From NCBI GenBank assembly GCA_036172245.1, contig JAYWIR010000001.1, positions 6,758,001 to 6,822,000 of the forward strand: DNA of 64,000 nt, given 5' to 3'. The stretch comes from Raillietiella orientalis (Eukaryota). This document shows, one piece after another, positions 13,501-25,900 of this stretch. Position numbers and translations under genes: made by a program. Below the pieces are notes generated by a model. The model ran no database searches and was not told the DNA's origin. It saw nothing but the letters and a program-made list of their open reading frames with translations. Each line of letters starts with the position of its first letter. Within the stretch, counting starts at the first letter, position 1.

Positions 13501-14047
13501 GGGAGCAGGGAGGTCCCTGTCGGTCTGCGGAAAGCGCTGAAGAAACGGATGAATGGGATGAGTGAAGCGGAAGCCTCCCCACGTCCGGCTCTCTCGCACA
13601 ATAGGCGAGGGAGCACCCTTTCTACACGTGGGTTCGTGGCACAATAATCTGTGCACACACAGCTTGCTGAACACGCTGCGAAAAGTCCCTCGGGACATTT
13701 TTTAGTGACGTGTTGCAAGAAAACACTACCGGCAAAAAATGTCAGTTCGTGGGACCGTTTTCTTCGTCCTACCCGCATATGTCCGGTAAACTGAGGTCAC
13801 TTGGACGCCTATCTGAGTCTGGTCCATCTAGCAAGCGTGTCTCACAATGCCTGCAATCATTTGGCAACAGCCACGTTGTCACCATTTTCTGGGGTGTGCT
13901 TCGGGTTGCGCTGTGCGCTTGATGCTCTATCATGGGGGTTGCAAGCAGGAGGTGGTCTTCGATAGATCATCAATAAGAGGTTTCAACGGGAATCCATTAC
14001 CTCTGTCCCTTCCATAGCGAAATGACATTTTCTTCTTCTCCTTTCAG

Positions 14048-14176
14048 GGACTCCATTTTGGCTGCTTCTGCAAATCGCACCGATAAGGAATGAAAAGGAC
14101 GATGTTGTTTTGTTCCTTTGTACCTTTCGAGACATCACTGCTTTCAAGCAACCCCTGGACACGGAAGAAGGGAAAG
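14048..14176 (+). CDS. eag: eag exon (PAC region)
   Basis: ctttcag|..|gtgagc; (R)[42 protein letters not shown]. Confidence 0.95.
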
Positions 14177-15064
14177 GTGAGCATTTCCATCAGATAGTTC
14201 TTTCTTTCGCTTCCACGCCGAGGTAGAAGCAGACTGCCAGGAGCTCAGAGGACTAGGGGCGAAACCCCTATGCGCCGCGTGCCCCCGTGTGCGAAGGTCA
14301 TGATGCGGAACCGTTGTCGTTTAAGAGGCAAATCTCTTTGGAACTTTGGGATCCGTACAAGAGGCTTTTGCATTCTAAATGTGTACCTTACGAAATCCTT
14401 ATCGTGATTCTCCTCCGCAGCTGAAACCTCAAACTTTCAAGCATTCACAGTGAACTCCCACCAGTCGCACGCCTCCGGCATTCTAGTACGCTTTCGATGA
14501 CTCATACCCCCCGCTAAAGAGCAGAAACCTATCGACGCACGGCAGCGGGCATTTTGGTGGGGCTCCAAGTCCAGACCGAGCCGCCAAAGCGGTCGCCCCA
14601 CGAGGTGCTCTGAGCACGCTCTCAGGAGTGCTCAAGACTTCCAATCCCGGTTCGAAGCTCCAAGAAAGGTGCTCATTTGGCGGATTTTTTGGAAAGTCAC
14701 ATCAATTCTTTTCCACGGTGTGGAATTCCCTTCATCCCACCGAATCTCAAGAATGCCCTTCTCACTCCCGAGACCAACAGAGTCATACATGAAAGCGCGC
14801 ATCAGATCCTCTTTCACAGCTATTTCAGAATGCACCTCTGCTGTCTCATTTCCCAAGCAAATGAACGCTATCCACACTCTTCCACAAATCCCTATCTTAC
14901 TTAAATCAGGGAGACTGAGCAAAATCTGTGCGCGGCACCCTCGGTCATCGCTTTCGTGCTCAAAGAGAACACGAATGCTTTGCTGAACGTGATGACCATT
15001 ATGAACAACGGGCTTCATCATCATTAATGACCAATGCACCTTTTGACAAAATGTGTTCACTAGG

Positions 15065-15232
15065 GAATACTGTGCTCGCCTGGAACAGCAGAGTATACCT
15101 TGGAATTCGCGGCACAGTACACACACGAACTTGCAGCATGGTACACACTTGACCATGCAGAACAGTGCACACTCCAACTTGCAGCGCAATACATGCTGGA
15201 ATTTACGGTACAGTACACGCTCGAACTTGACT
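15065..15232. repeat. degenerate 24-bp minisatellite, 6-7 units
   Basis: Units such as cacagtacacacacgaacttgcag and aacagtgcacactccaacttgcag in exact 24-bp register. Confidence 0.85.
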
Positions 15233-15790
15233 TGATAAGTTTTTGGAAGCGGTGCAGCATTCACCTCTCTGTCCGTGGAAGACATGAAGAATGTCCGCGA
15301 AAGAAGAAAAAACTTTCGTACATGCATGCACGTTGCCGTACGTGTACATTCCGGCATAGGCAAGCCATCGCGAGCGAGTGCGGCCGTTCGCAGATGCAGG
15401 CGGCACGGTCATTCGGTTCGGTCCTGTCCGTTCCTGCAGGCGAGCGGCTCGAAGGAGCCCGGCGGTAGCGCAGGTCTTTCTTGGAGGTGCGTTGGTGCCA
15501 GCGGGCAGGCAGCAAGGGACCACCCCATCCCGGACGCCGGTGCAGCGGCTCGCAAGAGTCCCCGCGTGACAGATGTAAAGCACCTCGCTCGGATGGCCAG
15601 TGGCGGCAGGCAAACTCGGCCGTCGCTGGACGAAGAGAAGCGGTCGCTGTCACCCCGCGGAAGGGTGCCGGAAGGAGGTCATCGTTCCCTTACGGAGTTC
15701 GGCAAGGGGCGTGTCCGCGTGGAGCAACGCGCCCAAGTGTGCGCGCGGTGGGCAGTCGCTAGGGGGTCCGAGACGCAACCCTGTTTCCAT
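15129..15790. mobile_element. young interspersed repeat, copy 1
   Basis: Near-identical to 28438-29185 apart from an 87-bp deletion. Confidence 0.9.
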
Positions 15791-15899
15791 GGAAAACTTG
15801 TACACCTATAGTCCAGAAGCTCATGTAGGTCTGGTGCCTTTTTTATTGCAGGCGCAAAGTGTATATGACATGAGGTCACGAATTCAAGCAGCAGGGAAC

Positions 15900-17650
15900 T
15901 CTGGACCAAAGGGTTTATGTTTTGCTGGTTCATCCTCAGCAAGAAATCCGGGCCAATAGGCCTATGGCGAGCATCCCGAGATGTTGAGGATAAACCAGCA
16001 GAAATGTAGGCCTACGATCCAGAGTTCCCTGACTTGTCCGAATCGGGACTTCGGATGAACTGCATCTTCCCGGATGCAGGGGCCCCGTTGCCCAGTCCTT
16101 GCCCTCGCCGACAGGTCCGTCCAGCGCTCTCACGCGGCCCAGCTTGCGCGTTAATTCCGAGTCCCCGCTCTCCACTTCGTCGTCGGCTATGTTGAAGCCG
16201 TCCTTGGCGAGTCCACCGAATATCATCTTCCTGTCGCAGCTCGATTTCGACAGCGAAAGCGATGGGGTGACGAAAGATGAAACTTCTATGACGCGCGAGG
16301 ATATGTGTTCAGATTGCACCTCTCTGGTCAGGCTGAAACAGTCGGTTGTCCCGGTAATTGTTCCCGAAGAATCGATTCATCAAGAATCATAAGAGCTGGA
16401 GGCCTTGCGAAGTAGGTCTCTCAGACCATTGCATCTGAAGTGCTCGTAATGCAGACACAAGCCAACGAAGGGCAGGAAGCTGCACCTTTCTGCACTATTT
16501 TTTGTGCATGAATACAATAAGCTTGCTGGGAAATGCATTGGGTAAGCATAGAGAGACAGCCGGGAGCGAACTTCCACGCCCGGATTTTGGGGTCAGCTCT
16601 GATGGTCCGGGAAGCAGTTGCGGGCCGGGGAGTGATCGGAGGCATGTAGGTTAGCTGGCGACGCCACTAGTCGAAGGACTAATGGAGCAGCGTCCTCGCG
16701 CCGGCCATTCCCGCATCATGCGGGTAGCAGGGCGCGCGACGGAACCTTCTGGGGTCGTCAGGATTCGCGGGACATTCTGACGCCCTGCGCCTTCGGCCCA
16801 CCGAAATAAAGACCCACGCCTTCCTTCCGGCAGCTGCCCAGCCCCTCTCTTCGTTCGCTCGGCCTGGGAAGCCTTCGGGAGTTCCAGGCAGAGAACGGAC
16901 GGCGCCTCTCGAGTCCCCGAAACGGTAGCGTCGAGCTATCCGAGCGATGCCTGAGGGGGCGCCGCAGCGTTCCACTTTGCGGACGGAGTGTCCGGTCGAG
17001 AGTCATCGAGATGGGGACAGGGTGGGCAGGAGGAAGAGAGGGCGGGAAAGAAGAAAATCCCGAAACTGGAGAAGGGGGACGACGGAGGAAGGAGAAATCG
17101 ATGACGGTGCTAACCAAAAAATAGGGGAGGGAAGGAGGGCGGAAAGGAAAAATGAGGAAAAGCGGATCATTCGCTTCCCGTCTTTTAATGACAGGAAGCA
17201 GCTCGCCGCGCGCGCGCGATCGGCTATCGATCACTCTCCCAGGGGGTGCCTCTTCTCCTTTGAGTAGACGCTCCCTTCCTCTCTCGTTCTTGACTCTCCT
17301 CCCCCTTTCATGCCCGTCCAGAATCGATGATCGTACTGGCCGCTGCTGGCTCCGTGAGAGCAGCTCCTCCGCGTTGCATGCGTTCTTCCCCCCTCCTCCT
17401 CCCCTTTTCCCCCTCTCCTCAATCACGCGACGAGTAGCAACAACATTCCACGTTGGCACGCGATGTTTTCTCTCGCACGCGCGAGCCCTTGTCCTGTGGC
17501 AGGGAGACGGCGGCATGGGGCGCGCGTGTGAGCGCGTCGCACACGGCGGGCACGAATCGCCATCAGCACGTCTCGCCCAAAACGAGGGTCTCCCGCGAAT
17601 CCACCGACCTCCCGTGCAGAACACATCACATTTAGTGACCTCCAAGTTTC
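15900..17650 (-). mobile_element. decayed LINE: ORF2 C-term, UTR, then two endonuclease fragments
   Basis: KWNAAAP and PSVLCLE (EN start); KMIFGG..GFNI, KDW..LHPG and TLDR (APE motifs). Confidence 0.6.
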
Positions 17651-17899
17651 CTGTTTCCCGTGGAAGCTTTCGAGTTTCCCTAGGCAGGCAGGAGACAGAG
17701 GAAGAAGATGGCTTATCTCCACCTGCCTTCCGAGAACACCCTTAGTTGTCCCCACCGCTCCCATTGCACCCCTCCGTCCACTGGAGGAACGATCGGCTGC
17801 TTCCTATTTTCCGACCGTTCCTCAATGCAAGTCCTCCTCCTCCTCCTTCTTTTCCACTTCCTCTTCTTCTTCCTTGTTCCTCCGTCTTTTGTCCTTTCC

Positions 17900-20000
17900 T
17901 CGCAAGAGTTCGGCCTTCTTTTGCGGCGAACGGAGCCTTGGAAAATTGATGACACTGGACGCCGGTGAGCAAGGCGAATGCCAAAGAGAAGCTGCGCTAC
18001 GAAGGAATTCAGGCGGCCGGCGAGGGAACGCCGCGACCGGATTGGGATCGGCTGGGCAGCCTCCTATCCGTGCGGGAGGGAAAATCAAAGGGAAAAAAGA
18101 GAATCCACCTGGAGGAGCAAAGGAAGCAACGAAGAAGTCCAGCGTAGGAAATCGTCTTTCTCTATGACGAGGAGGCAGCTCATCGGTTGCCAAATCCAGG
18201 AGGGAAATCCACCGATAGATAGCACCTTACGTGAGTTTGGTGGTTCCAGCCATCTACGAATGGTCGGATGGGCAGAGGGCACTTGAGCGCTCCCCTGGGA
18301 GAGACAAGAGAGAAGGAAAGGAATGTTTGACCTTAGTGCAGGGGCTTAGGAGACGCTCTCCTCCCGCTGCAGGCGTCAGGGCCACTTCAATTTGCAGTTT
18401 CCTTCATCTCCTAGCTATCCACCCTGTCGGAGCCAACTAGGCTGCTCCACTTCTTCGTTCTTTCCGTGAGGATCCCCAAAAGAACCATGGGATCGAGGGG
18501 TCCCCAAGCCTACGCCGCCGCCTCCTCATATCTACGGGGGCTCGCACGCGCGCTTCCTGGAGGAAAGTCTGGAATCTTCCTGAACCCGTGGCGGGGATGA
18601 GCTGATTCCTTCGTCCTTCTGAAACCTTATTCGTGCTCTCCCGCACACGGAACCGTTAAGGTCGCGTCTTCGAGGGTCTTGACAACGCGCTCGTGCTCAA
18701 GAACCGCTCCGTCCATCATCGAGACTGGCTCAAAAGAAAATGGGAATTAGCTCCCTTCTTCCATCCGTGTCCGCCCTTACTGATCCGCGTCTTGTGAGCG
18801 GCTGGTCAGCGGGGGTCATCACTGGCCTCAGTCGCTGTCGATGGACCTGAAAGGAGGTAGCAGCCGTGCCTCCTAAGAAGCTCAGGCACGGGAAATCGCT
18901 GTTCCGCCTCTCTGCGCACGAAAGCCTCTCCAACGACTACGGAGAGCACAGCGGGCTCTACAGATGTGCGCGGGGAGTGGTCAGGAGGTGGCCTTCTTTG
19001 CGCCTGACTCCGGAGTTTGCAGAAAACTCTGGAGTTCCTTTCTTTTTTTTTTGCTTCCTCTTCTCGAGGGCACCGAGAAAACGCCGCAGGGTAAGTGTGG
19101 ACGGCGGCGCGGTCCTATCCCCGGCGGTGCCCGTGGCGAATGGGAGCAGCTGAATGCCTTTCGGGATCACCGCCTTCGCGTCGAAGAGCTCCGCCGGCCG
19201 TCGCTGCTGCCTCCGACACCCGCATACGCTTGTCGCCGGTTTTCGCTTCCCTATTCTCTCCGGATGACCTTTCCCTGACCCACGCGACGGAAACTCCTCA
19301 CCTCTCCCTTCTCTGACAAGATAACTCCAAGGAGTCCCCGCCTTCCGCTGGTGGCCTCTTCGTTTGGTCTACTCTTGGGAGAGACTCCATGGTCTCTTCC
19401 TCCTTCCCTCTGCACCGCCACCTCCTCAGCTGCCGCGCCCGCTCGGTTCCCGCTCTACCATTTGGCTACGATGCTTTACCTTTCCTCCTACCTATTCCGG
19501 AACCAACACATGTTCCCCATCCACTTCTTCCCGATCGCTTTTGTCTTCTTGACGCTGAACCGCGGATCCTCCTCGTCCTGAGCATCCCTTCGGCCCCATA
19601 TACCGGTCTCCCGGGAAACCCCACTCGAGGGAACACAATCCTCCTCCGTGGAGATGGCTAAGAAACGATGACGGATGCATCGAGTGGATGTGGGAAAGAT
19701 CTGTTGGCGGAGATGGATGAGGGAAGTGCCGGACCCTGTGACGCAACCCTTTCCCGGCGGGAACGCTTTTGGAGAGGAAAGAGAGCGTGCGAGCTTTGAG
19801 CGAGATTCTCCTCAGGGCGGTGCCCTTTCTGCTCTGCCGGAGCTTCCGGAGGAACACTTCCTCCTCTCCCCTTCCCCTCTTCCCTCCTCATGACTCTGTT
19901 CCTCGCGCCGGTCGGGTCCGTCCGATAGGACGAGCCTACGGAAGAGGTCCGTTGAGGCTCAAGTTTGGCTTCCTGCGTGGGAAGAGGAGGGAGGGTGGAG
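17900..20000 (+). mobile_element. decayed LINE: thumb, zinc finger, then endonuclease
   Basis: MCAGSGQE..CRKLW (zf-like), followed by GLLLGETP, DAEPR and ILLRGDG (APE-like). Confidence 0.5.
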
Positions 20001-20349
20001 TGAACGCGCATTTCTAGGGCACCATCCGGATAGGGGGAGGAGCTTGCGAGAGGTTCCTGGTCAGCGGGCTCCTACAACGCTCCCAGATCCTCCCGCAAGC
20101 TGGCGCTCTGCACCCAAGAAGCACCAGGACAAGTGCTGCACTTCGGTACTCGACACCAGTCGCCTCCCAGGCAGATCCCCTTCCGTACTCTCCACGGTGG
20201 GTCACAAGGGTCATCCCGTGATAGCGGAAAACATGTCGTTCTGGGTATGGAAAAAAGGGGGAGAGAGCGAGGAGCAGCCTGGACTTGAAGGCTTTCCCGG
20301 GTCTCATTGGCCGCTTAAGGAGTAACGAAAAGTAACTACTAAAAGCGTA

Positions 20350-22500
20350 ACTGATGACCAAGGAGTCAGTAAAGTGGGGAAGAGTGGAGGGTTGCTTGCT
20401 GGAGTAGGAGAGCTGCAGCTTCCTGGACGGAGCGTTCTATGGAATCGCTGGACTTCCAGTTGAGGCACAGGGTGCGCAGCGGGCGGCATGGCAAAGGGCG
20501 CAGATGCAGTAAGGGGCCGACCGTGGCTGACCCTGGATGACACCTTCCCCCGATGGACGAGCATTATCAATACGAAGTGCAATCGACGTACAGGCCGCGA
20601 GGGTATCGTCGTCCCGGAGGCGCCACGCCACTTGGTGGTGGGTCCAGAGCACGTGCCTCCTAGCGAAAGGGGAGGTCGCGCCTTGGTAGATTCTTGGTGC
20701 TGGATGCAAGGGATACCACCTCCAGACTGCCAGACGACCGTCTCAAGAAGTTGCTGGCAAGATCGACCCTTCAACCGTCCTGCAGAATTTTCTTTTTCTT
20801 CTGACCTTCGCGTGTGACCACGCAACTGCGAGTACCTGCGAGTTGAGATGAAAAGCTCCCAGTAGATGAGAGGCAATCATCGTGGGTGCGTCTTGTGTTC
20901 TTTGATGGCATGGACAGAACCTCGGAGCATCACCCTCCTTCTCGATCGCCGTGTTGAGAGCGTGACGTCTTCACTCCCTTTTCCCTTCCATCCTTTTTTC
21001 CACCGTACGGACGACATCCTTGCTTGTCGAAGTGCCGGTTGCTTCGTCCTCCCGTTTCTCGCTGTCCCTGCTGCTTATCTCTTCGGTTTGACGGGAGTGT
21101 TCCGTTCAGCGCCGAGGACGTAGGTCGACCTGCACGCCAGAATCCGCCGAGCAGCTCTTCCGCAAAGCCAAGCATCAGGGAGCTTTGCCTTGCGGCGCCC
21201 CCGGTCATGGCCTGACCTGCACACCCCTCTGCCTTCCACTCCCTTTAAGGGACTCCAGAAGCGTTCCGCGCAACCACCTCGTCCATCCCTCCCCCATGAC
21301 CTTCTGTGACCTCCATGAGCAGGTCGGCGCGCCCACAACCGTGCCTCCGAAAGTTCTCTCTTACTGTGGATGATGATCGCCTCGGAGGATGGGCCAGAAG
21401 CCTGTGGTTCCGTTCCACGCCTCTTCCTCCCTATAAATGCTGCAAAAGCCGGAATGATGCATCGCTCCCAGCCCAGCTCGCGAGCAGCATGCTGCTAGCG
21501 TATGTGGACCATAGTTCTTCTCCTCTCCCCTGATCCCCAGCCCGTCTCTTTAAAATTCCGGAAGGATTCCTTGTTTCTCTTCCAGTTGATTTCCTTCCCT
21601 GCTTCCCACATCCCCCTCGATCAATTTGAGCGAATAGAAGACTCCCTGAATTCAATCTCGGGACTCTTTCAGTGATCAGATGACCCTCCTATCAAGGACC
21701 ATTGTCCAGAGTACCTTTGGTAGTAGTTTTGAATAACCGCGATTGAATTTGAATAACCCGATTTGTAATAACCGCGATGGCTTCCTGTAGAGCCGTTGGG
21801 TTTAGGCGGGAGTTCTTGATCTATGAAAAGAAAAGCTGCAGAGAGCATTTCCCAAGGGCCATCTCGAGGAATTTCGCGGGCTACCTTTACAGAGATCAAA
21901 AGGGGGCACCGTATTCGGGAAATCTCTGGGTGGCCCAGATGAGGCTTCTCCTCTGCGCGTATAGGGCGGCATAGCGCGCCATGATGCCTGCTGCAATACC
22001 TGTCCAGGGCTCGTTGGACCCTCTACCGAGGCCGTCTGCTGGCTCCTGCGTTGGTTTCGAGACCCCAGCGAACTGAGTCCGGGAAAGGTCCTTAGAAGGC
22101 GCAGGTGGGCTAGAATGTAGTCGCCTCCGGAGGGGGATCTTAACTTCGGCACGACCTTGTGACCTCGCAGAAAAACCTTCTCAGGCGCTGACCAAAGCTG
22201 GAAGCTCAAATTTCCAAGCAGGGGAGCCGCGATGGCTTCCCAGCTACTTGCCCTGAATGCGCTGAGGGTTCCTGATAAGGTAGAGTGGAGGAGCCATGGA
22301 AGAACTGGCGCCGGATTTTATTGCCAGCGCAGCAGATTACAGAGGGGAAAAAAGAGTAAATAAAGAGCCGGCATCTTTGTTTCGGTAACAGCATTACTAT
22401 ACTTGTCGAGTGTAACGAGCGGCGAATTGCTCTTGCGGGAGACGCTGGCGAAGTCCCGTGCGGTCTCCTTCGCGGCGAGCGGTGGCACGGAGGAGGTGCC
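20350..22500 (-). mobile_element. decayed LINE: endonuclease and RT fragments
   Basis: GGSSDH (APE SDH motif) near 21670; KGRS and GVIQGQPRSA (~GVxQGxPLS) near 20500-20780. Confidence 0.5.
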
Positions 22501-22882
22501 ACTGCGGAGTGAGACTAAGGAACTAGGACGCTCCGTTTAGTTCAGGTCCTGGCATAGTAATGGCACCACCAAACATGCATCTCTAAGAACGAGGATGTGT
22601 TTCTTCTTCTTCCTGCCAACGAATTGCGCAGAGCTTGGAACGTTTTCTCTCTCGAACAATTGGACTGCGCTTCTCCAGAAGCGTTCCGGAGATTTGCAGA
22701 TCCGCCCACCGTACTCAGGTACTCAGGTAATCGTGGAGTGATGCTCGTGCTGGTGGCTTTGAGATCAGCTGAGATCCCTGGATGCGGCTTCGTGATGAGC
22801 ATTTTAACACACCGACCTCTGTGCTCTCTGAACTGCGCGCTTGCTTTTGCTCTAGCCAGTTGACTTGCCTGTCTCGTTTCAG

Positions 22883-22998
22883 GTAACCTCAGCAAGTTTG
22901 CCAAATTAGCGCGGTCCGTTACCAGGAACAGAACAGTCCTGTTATCCCAGTTTTCATCCAACATTGTCAAAGACACCCGGCATTCTAACATTGGACAG
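22883..22998 (+). CDS. eag: eag exon (proximal N-linker)
   Basis: gtttcag|..|gtgagc; (G)NLSKFAKLARSVTRNRTVLLSQFSSNIVKDTRHSNIGQ, containing the conserved SKFAKLARSVTR. Confidence 0.93.
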
Positions 22999-24804
22999 GT
23001 GAGCACACGGATCTTGATGGTTTGCTTGAGTCAGTTTTGAAGGAGGAAATCCCAAACGTTCCCATCGCGGAGGAAGCGTGGCCCGGTTTGTTTTCATTCA
23101 AATCGACTTCCATTCATTTTCGAAAGAAAGACAGGTCCACCCTACTATGAGAAGTTTGGTGGTCGTACTTTCCTTCCGTTTGAACACCCCATGTGTGTTT
23201 CTCAAGCACACGTTTTTTTTAAAAAAAAGAAAAAAAGAAAAGGGGGAGGGGGAAGAAGCAGCGAATATTCAGGGTTTACTTTTCCTCACGTGCTATGTAA
23301 ATATTTTTTATAAGGGCTCCAATGACAGTGACGAAATCACTTCGCTTAGATGCACGTGGATGCAGCAGCTTTCGTCCCAGCAAGAGTGGAATCAAACGAA
23401 TTGATCTCCGGTCCCCCCTGCTTTGCGCAGTTTTTGTACGATTTTCGGTACGATGCGAAACTTACTGAAATTTTTGGACGCCCTTACGAACACTCTTCAA
23501 GATCTTATGCGTTTATGTACAGGGCTGGCTCCCCTATGGTGCAAAAGATGTGTCCTTTCTTCTACGGTTTATAAAAGATGCACCTTAAGCGTTCTAACAG
23601 TAGGTTATTTATTGTTTTACTTTAAAATGGCAAGAAAAATTTGAAAGTGTTCCTTTCTATTATTTAACTTGAAATAGAAAAGGCTTCTATGGTGCTGGCT
23701 GACATTTAATTAGTTCAGGCAACTCTATAGCTTCAGCTGTATTGTTCCCGTTGTTGAAGAATGTATCTTCGTGCGCCATTTTCCTCACGAAAATTTGGTT
23801 TGAAATGGAATTCAATGTAGGTTCTTGGTCTTCTTGGGAAGCAGCAGAACTGAACTCACGCCATACCTTAAAATTAAAATTGATCTCGCTCTGTACGGGT
23901 CTGATTCACCGCGTTATACGAGGGCTGTTGCCATCTCTTCGTCGCGTTATACAAATCCGCGCTCTACGGAGTTTTTACTGCACTCCTGTTTTTTATTGCT
24001 CCATGAAACGCCGAATATCCAGGGCACATGCCTGCTGGTCCTGGATATTTGGTAACATCGATTTAAGATGGAATATTCCTCGCATTCTTCCGACGATAAA
24101 AATGTCCAGAACCCGGAATGCCCAATGATGTTTAAAGTATAAAAGCATGAGAGCACAATAACAATTTTATATCCTTATGCTGTTAAGATTTTTCAGTGTC
24201 CATCATGTGATGGCGATCTATACACATGTGTTTTAATGATGCGATGGCCAGGAAATAGGTGATGCGCGAAGAAAGCCAAGAACTCGACCTTTCACCGTAC
24301 ACCCGGGCGAAGCAAATAGACACGGTCACTCCCACAGAACGGACAGAAAGATGCGCTGCTTTTATGATGGACACGGGTCGATCATTTCGAAAACGATGCC
24401 ATTTTAGAATTATTTAATGTGAATCGTGTTTGGTTTTTTTCTTGCAAGTTTTCTTGAAAGGATGAGCAGCGGGAGTTATTGAATCTTTTTCTCTTTGAAC
24501 GAGTGTACTGTTCCACACGGAGACCTCATAACTGTGTATTTAAGGGACTTCTGTGATTTGTGTGAAAGTCGCTTAGGTGCTGTGTGTGTGTGTGTGTGCC
24601 ACTTCTTCCATCTCCCCTTCGAGCTCCACGAACATTCGAGAGCACGAAAATTCTGTTGCATCAGTTTGGGAGTTTTTCTTTCCGGAAGACCAGAATGAGC
24701 AACTTTAAAATATAAAGAAATAAGTTAATTTTCCTTTCGATGTTTTGTTGTTTTACTCGGAATTTTCTCTGTCCATTTATGCTTACCTGAATCCAATCTT
24801 CCAG

Positions 24805-25230
24805 ATTCTCAGCCTCAATGGTGACATATTACCACAATACCGCCTGGAAGCTCCCAAAACTCCACCTCATATCCTGTTGCATTACTGTGCTTTCAAAGCT
24901 ATTTGGGATTGGATTATTTTGTGTTTGACTTTTTATACAGCCATTATGGTTCCTTACAATGTGGCTTTCAAGAATAAGACTTCAGAAGACATCAGTCTTC
25001 TAGTTGTTGACTCCATAGTAGATGTTGTTTTCTTTATTGACATTGTGCTAAATTTTCATACTACATTCGTTGGGTCCAGTGGGGAAGTTGTGGCAGATCC
25101 CAAAGTCATCAGAATGAATTATCTGAAGTCGTGGTTCGTTATTGACCTTTTGTCGTGCCTGCCTTATGATGTGTTCAATGCTTTCGATAGCGATGAAACT
25201 AAGTGCAACAGCAAGGACTTTGATGACAAC
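24805..25230 (+). CDS. eag: eag exon (S1-S3)
   Basis: cttccag|..|gtaagt; [36 protein letters not shown]...[32 protein letters not shown]. Confidence 0.96.
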
Positions 25231-25289
25231 GTAAGTAAATTTTACTCAGTAATTGCGGATCGCCCCAGCGAATGATTCTCGTGAATCGC

Positions 25290-25900
25290 TCTGTCATATC
25301 ACAGCATCGTGTGAACAAGGTGCACACCCGGAGGCAAAATTGCGCGCCACTGCCCGTTTACTGCTCTGGAACGTGAGTCTGTGTCTCTCCCGCTGGGAAA
25401 TTTTTGCGATCGGGCTCAGACACACACAGTCGCGTGGGTTCTCCGACATTCAGGGGTTCCCACCTGGACGCCTTTGCTCCCAAACGCGCCACCATCGAAT
25501 CGTCTTGTCGCGTCGCAACTGGACTTTGGTCATCGATGAACTCTGGCCTCGCCGTGCCCACACTGCTTCCACGTCGAGTCTCAACAGTCGTTCCTCCTTA
25601 CCTTTGCTGCACTTTGCAGATCCCTCGTATTTGGAAAGTTCTGTTTTATCCCTGATCGCTGCACGCCCCGCATTCGAAACGGTCGACCAAGCGTCTCTCA
25701 GGGTAACCAGAATCTGCAACTTATTACTGAACACAGTTCTAAGAACTTGTCTCGTTAGGACCGTGCTACGGGCCGTAAGAAAGCCTGCTGTTTTGATCTT
25801 CCTCTTTACTGTTTTCGACAGGTCGCCTTGAAAGATAACCCGCGTCACCTTTGAAGCTACTTTACAGGTGATGGCAGCAAGAACGACCTTTCTATAATTC
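25290..25900 (-). pseudogene. probable Tc1/mariner-like transposase remnant
   Basis: One frame (a single internal stop) carries ordered remnants SKTVKRKIKTAGF, VFSNK (~FSDE), VWARRG, CLSPIAKI..RHRL (~DLNPIE..KRRL) and DAVI. Confidence 0.4.

Noticed and set aside
15065-15232. 24-bp periodic repeat as a CRISPR array
   Set aside because: Contiguous degenerate units with no spacers, no cas genes, and a eukaryotic intron context
21728-21780. Three short tttgaataaccgcga-like units
   Set aside because: Local slippage inside a LINE remnant with no sign of function
25199-25204. ctaagt as a mutated ancestral splice donor explaining the S3-S4 extension
   Set aside because: Wrong phase relative to the phase-0 downstream exon
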